DNA of 64,000 nt, taken from contig MCFE01000106.1 of NCBI GenBank assembly GCA_002104905.1, positions 62,001-126,000 on the forward strand, in the 5' to 3' direction. Numbering within the stretch: position 1 is the stretch's first letter; the number at the start of each line of letters is the position of its first letter. Source of the DNA: Basidiobolus meristosporus CBS 931.73 (taxonomy: Eukaryota; Fungi; Basidiobolomycota). A model generated the notes under the pieces. That model did not search any database. It saw only the letters and a list, made by a program, of their open reading frames with translations, and was not told where the DNA came from. Positions 12,067-22,894 of the stretch are shown here, piece by piece. The position numbers and the translations under genes are program-made.

Positions 12067-13008
12067 TGCTTTTATCTGCCACTTGAATGTTTATGTTAGA
12101 TCAGTTTTTATTCAATCAATTAGTTATATGACTAGCTTATCAGTGTATCAGTATTATCTGTCAAATCAGTAGCATTAGTCAGCAAATGAATCAGCAGATC
12201 CTTATCAGACAGAAATATATATATTAAGTAAGAGCTTATTGGGTGATGAGGATGCACTCAAATGAGTCATCAGCCACAGCCTGAATTAGGAAAAGCAATT
12301 AGTCAGCAATTGATCTGGCAAAATGTCTATACAGAGCTGCTGTAACCTCAATGAAGATCAGTTCAAGTTTTAGTGAATACAATTCCAGCAAAACTCCTTA
12401 TTCCCCTACAACTCTTATACCAAGACTTGTAACATTGGTAATAGCAGTAACCAGAAACATCCCTCCTGAAGAAAGAAGAAGCCTCCCTCAAGATGTCAGA
12501 AAATCAATTATGGAAGAATGCTATGCAACAAATTCTGGCCCAGCAGCAGCATTTACTCCAGATCCTGAGCCAGCAGCAACAAGGAGTGACTATTGTGGCC
12601 AATGCCAGCAAAACCTGTCAAGAGCTACTTTAGTGTGAAGGTCAACTGGTACCATGGCAGAGTCAATGAAAACCTAGGAATTTGGCTCTTCCAGATTGAA
12701 GAAGCTTTCAAGGCTAAAGGAATTGCTCCAGAAAGCCAGTTATATTATGCAGCCTCTTACCTGGCAGATGCAGCTTTACAGTGGTACCACAACAAGAACA
12801 GGTCAGCCACCATGATGGGATGTTCTACATTCTCTACTGGGATGCGTTTGTGTTGGAAATTCAGGATGCCTTTGAGCCCTCACACCAACAAGCACTTGGA
12901 CAGAAAGGAATGGTCCAAGAGTACATCTATGAATACAGATGTCTACTTGGACAAATTGAAAGAATGGACCCCCTAGATCAAATTGAATACGTTATTGACG
13001 GGTTGTAA
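12067..13008 (+). mobile_element. Truncated Ty3/gypsy family A copy (5' LTR 12067-12434, degenerate PBS, partial gag)
   Basis: Reverse complement of about 9830-10786. The gag has a frameshift and an internal deletion and ends at IDGL. It truncates the copia RT. Confidence 0.9.
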
Positions 13009-13019
13009 AAAGGGCTTGT

Positions 13020-14189
13020 AATGGTCCCATGGTATGCTGGCCTTAAAGTGATGGTGTGCTAGACTTCTGATGGCCTCTTGTATATTAGCCCACTCTACAT
13101 TATTGCACTCAATGGCTACACAGATCTTCAATGTCTTTTGATTTTTAGGCTTTGGTATTAACACCACATATGTCTCACTCCCATGATGTGATAGGTTTTT
13201 CTGTGAGCTTTATCTTTGAGCACTGTTGTTGTGCTTCAGAGAGTGTTCAGTGTTTCTCTGCTGTTACATTGGGAAATGGCTCAATTCTTGGCTGTGACAT
13301 TGAGCTACTTGAGTTCCTTCTTTGCAGCAAACATACTGCTTTCTATACTTGGGGTATTGATAGCTCTACATGTATTATCCACTCATCCTGCTCCTGGACT
13401 ACTGCCTGACTTCTCCAGGCCTTTGCATCTATCCTATCAGCCACTGCACCTAATTGTGTCAATAATGCTTTAGTATGAGCTTACAACATACTTGCTAATA
13501 TGGGTAGTGGCAATGTCATGACAGCTACTTTTTGGTCTTAAACTGAGGTTACTGTGTTTGCTACATTCTCATCTGCCTGCATATAACAGTCCACTTGTGA
13601 CTCTGCAGAGGTTCACAATTGCCTACTTGACTGAGAGCCTGCAGAGTCTGCATTATTACCTTCAGTGGGCACACCGTCAACATGATCTTTTGTTACAAAT
13701 CTTGGTATAAGAGTTGTAGAGGAATAGGGAGTTTAGCTAGTATTGTATTCACTAAAACTCAAACTGATCTTTATTGTGGTTCCAGCAGCTCCTGATATAC
13801 ATTTTGCCAGATCAATTGCTGACAAACTGTATTTTCTAATACAGGTGGTGACTGATGACTCATTTGATTGCATCATTATCACCCAATAAGATCCTACTTG
13901 ATATATCTATTTCTGTCTAATAAGGATCTGCTGATTCATTTGCTGACTAATGCTACTGATTTGATAGATAATACTGATATACTCATAATATAAATATATA
14001 ACTAATTGATTTGACTAAAAACTTATCTAACTTGAACATTCAAGCGGCAGATGATAACACTTTTTTAGATGTAGCCTTGCTTGTTGCACTGAATGTCAAA
14101 GCAAGCTGTAGTCCAACTGTTCTTCTGCTGCCTTCAGCAGTGGGATTTGGTAGGGAACTAGAAGACCTTGCTTTATTTTTTAGCGGCAT
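13020..14189 (-). pseudogene. CACTA-associated ORF2, copy C (5' half), interrupted by a solo LTR
   Basis: ATG at 14189 (MPLKNKA). Homologous to 28721-29500 and 34983-35780 (FIPKPKNQKT, WANIQEA.RSLA.HH.KA.IPWDH). Confidence 0.75.
13691..14059 (-). repeat. Solo LTR of Ty3/gypsy family A
   Basis: Full LTR match with a perfect 4-bp TSD CTTT (13687-13690 and 14060-14063). Confidence 0.92.
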
Positions 14190-14316
14190 ATATATGAAAG
14201 AGAGTGAAATCAAAGGGGAAATAGTGTTATATATTTGTGTGTATGTGGTGCCACAACTTTATTTATAGTACTTACTATGGCAGGTCATCATTAAATTTTA
14301 CATTCATGTAGGTTTA

Positions 14317-17178
14317 ATGTCTCAAATACAGGACTGTCTTAAATTCACATGATTATTGACCAAAAAGTGATATCATAGCATTAAGTTGTTGATGGTCAAA
14401 CTGCTTACCCATGGACAAGATTTCTTTGATACAATGCTGTAACAGAAGAGAAAAAGATCATGTAGCTGTTGTAGCAAGCCTCTTGGCCGTAAAGCATGTA
14501 GACAGTGTAGGAAGTATTACAGGATCACGGCCAGTTTCTTGCCACACAAGTCATATTTGACCATTCATCAGTCACTATTATACCAACATTATCTTGCCAG
14601 TGTGGTGGTGTATAAGTCCAAGGGAGAGATACATCCAACACTCCTCAAGTGTTTTGTGTGTGGGGTGTTCACTGGGTGCAATAACCTCTGGCAAAAGCTT
14701 GCTAGGAATACTTGGGTTCTGTCTCTAATCAATGTAATGGGGAATAAAGCCACAAGCTTGTCACGGGAAAACTATTGAGCTACAATCCCCAGCTTAGTTG
14801 GCATCTTAACAAAAGTATGTGCTGGGTTCAGCATCCTTTGAGATGACAATTTACTAAAGCTTCCAAAGTCAAAACAACTGTAAACTCCACCAGCAGGGAC
14901 TTGATAAGAATGCAACTGTGGTCAATAGTCACAAAGACAGAAAAGTATTTTTGCTTGTACAAGAACAAACTTAGGAAAGAATCAAATATAATAAAAGATA
15001 CCTACTCTGAGTATTCCTCACAAGTAGTGCCTCTAAGGTCAGTTGGTTGTCAGCGCGGTTTCCTGGGAGTGTCCTGTGGTCTGGGGTTGGAAGTTCAGGT
15101 AGCAGCAGGTAGCAGTGAACACACTAATCAACAAGTTGGTATATTGATAAAAGGGATGATGAATTATTGTTGAGGGATAGCCTCCCGTATATACTTTTCT
15201 TACTGGCCAAGTGACTACTAATCATGGTGTTCTAGAAGGTTACAGATAATAGTGGAAATCTTAATGACATCAGAGTGACTTAAGAATGTTCTAGGTAGGT
15301 GCCAGAAGGTTCTAAGAGGCACAGCACATTCAACCAATCAGGAATCTGTATACTGAGACCTGTGTAACATAGGGATACCATATATTGTATGGAAATGGTA
15401 GGGATGGTGACACCAGTTAATCATGTGTCATGGGTACTTGTGCAGGTACTTGCCTAATATAGAAGCACTTATAGCTAGTAATCTTACACAAAGTGAGGGG
15501 TAACTTATGCAACAAGGTAAGCAGTTGTGATAGTCAACCCGCTTATGGGATAGTACTGATCAGGTAAGACAAATGGGATAAAACCAAAATAAGTGTAGCA
15601 GAGATATAGGGAAGTAGAAAATAAGGGAATGAGAACATCTGTCAGTGGGTGTCACTGTCAACCCACTACACCGGAGAGATGATACTTCTATATCAGCAAC
15701 TGGCTGTCTTTGTCACCTTGTGCAAACTGAGTCAGGTGAGTTTGTGACACCTTTAGGCTCACCTCAACCTTTTGAATATGATATGGCAAGTGATAGCTCA
15801 GACAAAGAAGGCTCACTGATGGACTATGAGCCTATCTTCCTTAACAACAGTACCATGCATGAGCCTAGTCAAATCTCAATATGCAATGAGACAACACCCA
15901 TTGAAACAAATGTTAAGGTTACTTTATGGAGCCAAGTGATCCAAGTAATCCGTCTACTTGTGAATGATGTAATGTTGTGGCCAGAGAAGTGGCACATTTC
16001 CACTAGTATAAGTAATGGAGCCTTGAGGATTTATAACCCTTTCTTGCTAAAATCATTCCAGAATGCAACTTACCATGTACATGGTACAAATAGACAACCA
16101 TCATGTGGCTGGTAACATATGGCCAAGAGACTGTCCTGACTCTACCATGTGTTGACAGTTGCATGGCATTCACTTCCCAAAATAATACCATTGCAAAATG
16201 TCCAAACTGTTGGGAATCCACCACCATTGAGGGAAACATTGCTCAAACTCTGGATATATTCTGGTAATACCCTGTCTAAAGTAGCTAAGGCATTCCAACA
16301 AATATTGAAAGACTATACAATACTGCACCCAGTATCAATTAAGCGCAAACCTATCAGATATATTTGATGGAAAACATTACAAACAGCTAAGAAGCTAAGG
16401 CTATTTTGAAGGTATGTATGATCATGCCTGTGTCTTAGCATTTGATGAACTCTAATTATGCAAGTACTCTAACAGCAAGTCCCCCTGGCCACTAACTATC
16501 ATCAACCTGAATCTGGCACCTATTTTACGGCATCAGAGCCAAAATCCAATGGTAGTCTCACTGGTATCTGGGCCTAAATCACCATCCAACCTGGACTGCT
16601 ACCTTTGTCCATTGCTAGAAGGATATTGTATGCTTTCCAGCATGATCACAGTAAATGGCAGTCATGTAGAAGCATAAACTACTATCTACATCAAATATGC
16701 CACAGCCATGAGCAAGATAGCATGTTTTTCTGGGCACAATTGACTGTATTGTTGTCAAATGTGCAAAATCAAGGGGATTTACTCTATAACTCACACACAT
16801 TATTATTACCCACGCACCAACACTGCAAATTTCATCTTCCTATGGAGAGAACATACAGATGTCAGCATGCAATTGCAGCAAAGTTGGCAAGCTACAAGCC
16901 ATTGGCTGGAATATGGAATCAATTTAAAACCAGTGATACTGAAGATAAAGGGTATCTGTTGGAGCAAAAGCTTTCCACTGCAAGTACCACCTTTGCTTTT
17001 CAACAATATCCCTGTACTAATGATTAGGTTATGCATGCGGCACTTCAAGCTAAATGAGCCCTTTGAGATACCAGAGAAATTTGAAATAATTGAAAAGATA
17101 TTGGAGAGTGTCTATTGCCCTAAGTACCTCTTACAGGCTTCAATCACTCTGCATACCATATTTGAAAGACTGGAGTAA
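14317..17178 (+). mobile_element. CACTA/EnSpm tnp2 transposase pseudogene, 5' and central part, interrupted by solo LTR B
   Basis: N-terminal CSCC.KPL Cys motif, then CPNC region, then SPWPLTIINLNLAP...VSGPKSP..D.YL.PLL...FSGHN..CCQMC...HFKLNEPFE. Confidence 0.78.
14601..15670. repeat. Solo LTR, orphan family B (1070 bp)
   Basis: Roughly 90% identical by eye to 3729-4799. TG...CA termini with TSD CCAG/CCGG. Confidence 0.9.
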
Positions 17179-17545
17179 GCCTAAAGGCATCACAAACTCA
17201 CCTGATGCTGCTTGTGCAAGGTGACTAGTACAGCTAGATGCTGATAAAAGATATCAAGCAGCCAGCAAGATATTGTTAGTACAGCGTTGACTGGTGAATG
17301 GTCAAATATGATTTGTGTTGCAAAACACTGGCCATGATCCTTGTTACACTTCCTATTCTGCTGGTGTGCTTCATGGCTGACAGGCTTGCTGCAGTAGCCA
17401 CATGGTCTTTTTTCTCTTCTCTTATGGTTTTGAATGATATAGTCTTGTCCATGGGGCAAAGAGTTTGATATTCAACAACATCACACCATTATATCACCTT
17501 TTTGTCAATACACATGTGAGTTTAAGACAGTCTTGTATCTGAGAT
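17179..17545 (-). mobile_element. CACTA tnp2 5' fragment (Cys-motif N-terminus), inverted relative to the adjacent copy
   Basis: KRPCGYCSKPVSH; homologous to 14317-14600 and 34500-34855. Confidence 0.65.
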
Positions 17546-18014
17546 ATCAATCTTATTGCATTGGATAGTGCCACATTGATCAATGAGTACCAAATGATGC
17601 CTTAGTGTTCCAGGGAGCCCTAGTGGACTTAGACTTTGCCACAGAGTGTGAAACATAAATCTTCAACTTTGTGCAAAGCAGCCGCTGTGTTTCACCCATT
17701 GTGCAGGAGAAAATCAATTTTTCTCCTTTTTGTTGAGATCAATGTGTACATGATCTGCATGAGGACAGAAGAACAGAAGATGTGCATCTGGTACTCAATA
17801 CACATGGCACTCTGAATGTTGCTCCTGTAGCTTGTAACATGTCCCACAAATGCATGGCACAATCTTGGTCCACTGGTACTTTTAGCCACCGTATTTAAAT
17901 ATTAGCCCTAAAGGAGAACCTATGCAAAGCACTTATGGTACCAGATAGTGCCAGATAGATGCATCAGATCAGTTTTTGTCAACAATAAAATGTAGTCCAG
18001 TACAAAAAGCACTC

Positions 18015-18245
18015 AGACTGCTGGGCTTCTGTTGGTCACAAGCCAGTTTCTACACCATTTAATACAGAATTCACACAAGCAAGAGCTAAATTGCACCTAT
18101 AATGAGGACTAGAATTCAGCAGCAAAAGTACTACATTGGCTAAATGCTAACAAGTCTCTATGGATCTTGAGGATGTATCCATGGCAAAAGTGGTGGCAAC
18201 CAAGCATATGTTTGCAAGATATATATGATATCAGCAGTACAGAGG
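18015..18245 (+). mobile_element. CACTA tnp2 3' fragment
   Basis: Reverse complement homologue of 19270-19495 and of part of 30990-31080. Confidence 0.5.
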
Positions 18246-18271
18246 TTTCCTACACATTACAAAAATGAATG

Positions 18272-18491
18272 GCACTATTTTGTTAAGAGGCCTACTAAGT
18301 TGGGGATTATAGCTTAATAGTTTTCCAATGTCAAGCTTGTGGCTTTACTCCCCTTCACATTGGAGTAGAGCAAAATCCAACAGTGCCTAGCAAGCTTCTG
18401 CCGGAGGTTGCTGCACCCTATGAATGCCCCATACAGAAAGCACTTGAGAAGTGTTGGACATATCTTTCCTTTAGACTTATATACCATCACA
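18272..18491 (-). repeat. Fragment of LTR family B (first 220 bp, inverted, diverged)
   Basis: Reverse complement of TGTGGTGGTGTATAAGTCC...CTTAACAAAAGT. Confidence 0.8.
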
Positions 18492-18707
18492 TTGACATTA
18501 ATTGGCACAAACTGCAACTTTTATCTCACACTTCCCTGTCTCTGGCTTCAGTAGGCTTTCCTGCCTTTGCCTTCTCTCATTAGGACTGCAGGATCTTTCA
18601 CCACTCTCTATTAAAAATAATTTGGTGCCACAGGTGGATCTGATCCAGATCAGCCATCAGAATTCTGTGCAATCTGTGGTCTCTAAGAATGATTGTGTGC
18701 AATATTG

Positions 18708-19074
18708 TGTTACAAGTCCTGATATAAGAGTTAGGGAGGAATAGGGAGTTTTGCTAGTGTTGTATTCACCAAAACTTGAACTGATTTGAATGAGGTTCCA
18801 GTAGCTCCTTATATACATTTTGCCAGATCAATTACTGATTAATTGTATTTCCTAATGTAGGTTGTGGCTGATGACTGGTTTGAATGCATCAATATCACCT
18901 AATAAGATCCACTTAACATATCTATTCCTGTCTGATAAGGATCTGCTAATTCATTTGCTGACCAATGCTACTGATTTGATAGATATCACTGATTTACTGA
19001 TAAGCCATACATATAACTAATTGATTTGAATAAAAAATGATCTAACTTATACATTCAAGCTGTAGATCATAATA
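18708..19074 (-). repeat. Diverged solo LTR of Ty3/gypsy family A
   Basis: TGTTACAAGTCCTGATATAAG...GATCATAATA; no clear TSD. Confidence 0.85.
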
Positions 19075-19089
19075 GAATTGCCCCTCAGT

Positions 19090-19590
19090 AATTGCTTGCT
19101 CATTACTGCCTTAGGTATTTCACATGAAGTCTGAATAAAAAAAAAGCTATGGCCTCCTGACTACTGACCTCTACATACTTGCACACCTGTTGCAATTGAC
19201 ACATTTCTTACACATCCACTTTATGGCCTTGTAGTATGACTCTTGCAAAGTTGCTATATGCCTTGAATTGTTGGTAACATAAACAACTTGCAATAATACA
19301 CCAGGTTGTTGCAACTTTTGCCATATATACCTCCTGTGTATCTGCAAAGAGCTTCTGCATATTTGGTCAATGTATTCCTTCCCCCTGCTGGATCCTAGTC
19401 TCTATTATAGGTGCATTCTGACTCTTGTTTGTGTAAAATCTGTCCAAAAGAGTGCAGAAAATGGCTTGTAACCAAGAGAAACCCAGCATACTTTGGTGAA
19501 GCTGTCCTAATATACATTAGTGGCTTGTTGCACCCAACCCAACATTGCAGTACTTAACTGATCAGCTATATTGGGGCTTGTTGTGCATCA
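19090..19590 (-). mobile_element. CACTA tnp2 3' fragment
   Basis: Matches 1170-1375 and 30900-31080 (CYQQFKAY.NFA...GH.V). Confidence 0.5.
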
Positions 19591-19879
19591 ACATTTAAAA
19601 CTTGGCCAATTTCCCTCCATCAGAAAATCTAATACCCTAATTGATTTTCCCTAACCCTAACACAACTAATCCCTGTTATGGTATATTTTATCACTTCTCT
19701 GAGTCTATTTTTAGCTGTCACACCTTATCAATTCCCATGTGGTCATTACATCCTTAACTGATTTGCTAAGCCTTTCAAAGTCATTAGTCATCTGAAACTT
19801 ATCCAACCACTTGGCAGTTGCCAAGACATAAGCTGATTAATGATGCAATTTTTCATTTATCTTATGCACCTATCAACAC

Positions 19880-20220
19880 CCCAAAAAAATTCAATTAGTC
19901 CAGTCTTTTGGCGCTGAATAGTGCAACTCAATCAGAAAAGTATAAATAAAGCTTACTGAACCTTTTAGTTTAGTGTGTGTCTCAACAAAATTAAGAACTC
20001 AACAAGTCCGTTATAGTTTCAACCCAAGCTTAGCATATCTAGCATTCTCAAGAACATTAAGCCTAGCCTGCATAGCAAACCTACTCTGTTGCCTTTATAG
20101 CCCAACTCAGCTATATACAAGACCAATATTAGACCAGAACCTCTCTGCTAATATTTCTGTCACTCTCAACAATTCTAAGATCCTGCACTTAGTTGTCATA
20201 TACATTCAGTTAACACATTC
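19880..20220 (+). pseudogene. Possible non-LTR (LINE) reverse transcriptase C-terminal remnant
   Basis: A degenerate EKYK(Y)L..PF motif is followed by LY...YTRPILD, resembling the LINE RT YKYLG and RP.L.Y motifs. It is weakly similar to the minus strand of 36851-37860. Confidence 0.4.
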
Positions 20221-20229
20221 AAGAGTTTT

Positions 20230-21955
20230 ATTACACTTTTCTCTGGATACAACAGGGCTGCTTAGCTTCTTAATACTAAGGGCATTTGTATCTCCATATG
20301 CACACCTGTCCTCAGTATTTTCCAACTCTTCCTGGCTATCTTTTATGTGGCAACTTAGCACATCTGTAATGCACTTGAAGGTAGTATTCATGATGAGATT
20401 GGGACATGGTAGTACCTGAAATTTGGATTGTTATCCTCTCTCCCTGCACATCTGCTCTATAGGAAACTCCCAACAGGTGTGGCAAGATACAACATTCCTT
20501 ATACATTAAGCAAAATCTTATGCCTGTAGTATAGCCACTCAAAACCATCACAAGCACTTTGCATAACGTTAAAATATTGCTAATTGGTATCACTCAGCAG
20601 CTAAAAATTTATTCAACCACGCTAGACTAGTCTTGATCACTGAAGGACTAATTTACACCCCTAACTTTGCCAGTTTCTTCAGATATCAGATCCAATAATT
20701 ATTCCCCTATAGTCAATAACAAATTTACACTTTTTACTAAACAACATGCACTAGCCCTGAAACTGTTACAGAATGCTCCTGAATGTTGAGAAACTCTTCT
20801 TACTTAGTATTACAGCTGTATTACTTCTACAAAGATATAAATACTGACCCTCTTTATGAATAAACAGCAGTTCAACAATCATCACTATTTCTATACAGAT
20901 TCCTTATATCCAGATCACTTCTGAAAATGCAACACATAAAAGGAGTAGATACTTCAAGTTGGCATAGGTGATCTGCTTCTGGGTAATTACTCCAACAATG
21001 TCAACATATATCTCCCAATGCTTCCAATGAACATTTAGTAGTAATGGCTTCAGAAGGCCACTTGAATACATACATATTCAGCTCATCCAATCCTTGCCCT
21101 TGTATAGTTACAAATGAGTGTAAACACTGATTGAACATCTGTGAGAAATACTTTGTTCAGCACCCACTCTGCAATATCTGCCAATTCTTGCAAATTTCTC
21201 AAGTGTCTCAAAGGGCTCATTCAGCTTGAAATGCCTCATGTGCAACTTTATCATTAGTATAGGAATGTTGTTGAAAAGTAAATACATTGCTCATGGTGGA
21301 CAGGTTTTGCTCCAATAGTTACCCTATATCTTAAGTATCTCTGGATTCCAATTGATTCCGCATTCTGGCCAATGACTTTAAGCTTGCCAGCTTAGTGCCA
21401 ATGCATGCTGGCTCCTGTACATTCTCTCTGTTGGAAGACAATGTTCTTTGGGTTGGTGACTGGGTAATAATATTGCATATGAGTTATAGAGTACATCCCT
21501 GGATATCACAAATATAGCAGCAATACCAGCCATTGTGCCCAGAAAAGCTGGCTATCATCCTGGAGTATATCTGGGGTATGAACAATCTATTCCTCCTGTG
21601 GGGGTGAATTCCTGACAAGGTAAACAACATGCAATGGTTGCATTTTGCAATGTAAATGCCATGCTGTAGTTAACACGTGTCAGTATCAGGACAGAGTCTG
21701 GGTCATATGTTGTTAACCACATGAGAATTGCTCATTTGCACCATGTATGTGGTAATCTTTGGCACTTAGTAGTGGGTACTGGTTCATTGGATATTGGGAC
21801 TTTGCTGGGCTCATGCAGGGCACTGATATTAGGGAGGATAGGCTTGCAATCCATCAGTGAGCCTGCTTCTTCAGAGCCATCATTCTGTGTGCTATATTTA
21901 GAAGACTGGGGTAAGCATATAGGCATTGCAAACTCACCTGACTCAGTTTGCACCA
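20230..21955 (-). mobile_element. CACTA tnp2 pseudogene with internal deletions, carrying a solo copia LTR
   Basis: Contains the acidic N-terminal segment (DGSEEAGSLMD), AGFSGH, HFKLNEPFE and WEFPIEQMC. Confidence 0.72.
20567..20934 (+). repeat. Solo LTR of copia family 1 (368 bp)
   Basis: Termini (C)GTTAAAATATTG...TGCAACA with a perfect 5-bp TSD CATAA (20562-20566 and 20935-20939). Removing it rejoins the tnp2 sequence. Confidence 0.88.
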
Positions 21956-22893
21956 CTTGCTAAGCTGCCAAGCTTAAGAATACCACACTTTAAAAACAGT
22001 TTACTCTGTGCACCAATACTTCTAATTATGAAATTGGTGGAGTACTTAGCTAAGAACATTAGGGAAAGGACTTCCCAGTTGCTTTAAATCCAGGAAATGA
22101 ACTTAGTAGAACTAGACTATCTTGTCTATCAGAAGGAGAAGGTTGCTGTAATTGACTGCTTGAAGCCCTGGAGATGTTACATTTAGGAGACAAGTGCACT
22201 GTGAAGACTATTCATGCCTCAAACAAGTGTATATCTACTCAGAAGGTACAATCCAGAATAATGACAAGATGGAGTGAATACATTTAGCAATTTGACTTGG
22301 AGATTGTCTACTACCCAGGGAAAAACAACAAAATCACTGATGCCTTATTGAGACTAGAGCAAGTTGCACAACTCAACTTGGTGCATGAATCAGATTGGCC
22401 TAGCTTATTACCAAAGTACTTGAGGATTAAGCTATATCTAATGAGGTGGATGAAGAGATCCAGAAGATAATCCAGGATTAAGCTAGCAAACTTATTTTCA
22501 GGATGAAACACTCTGCCAAGTAGTTAATGCAAGCCTTATTGCCTATTGCCCTTATGTTGCTTGCCCAAATTTAGTAAATAAGCTACACAATGGATATGGA
22601 CATCTTGGAATTGAAGGAACCTATAGCCTTGTGAAAGCCAGAGCATGGTGGCCCAGAATGAAACAAGATATTTAGAAGCTGGTGAAAACATGCCATAACT
22701 GCCAAATCAATTTAGGTAAACCACAGAGAGTTGTTGAGCTCTTTCCCATGGAGCCTGTGAGACCATCTGAGAGATGGGGAATTGATTTTACTGCAAGACT
22801 ACCAACCACCAGGAAATGAAACCAATGGATTCTAAAAGCAATTTCTATGCCACTAAATGGCCAGTAGCTAAAGCTGTGCCTGTAGCCTGTGAG
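21955..22893 (+). mobile_element. Ty3/gypsy family A internal fragment (RNase H to integrase), degenerate
   Basis: Aligns to the reverse complement of 6990-7940; retains GYGHLGIEGTY and RWGIDF. Confidence 0.88.
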
Positions 22894-22894
22894 T

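Noticed and set aside
19649-19660. Telomere-like CCCTAACCCTAA
   Set aside because: Only two units within AT-rich repeat debris, which is compatible with chance.
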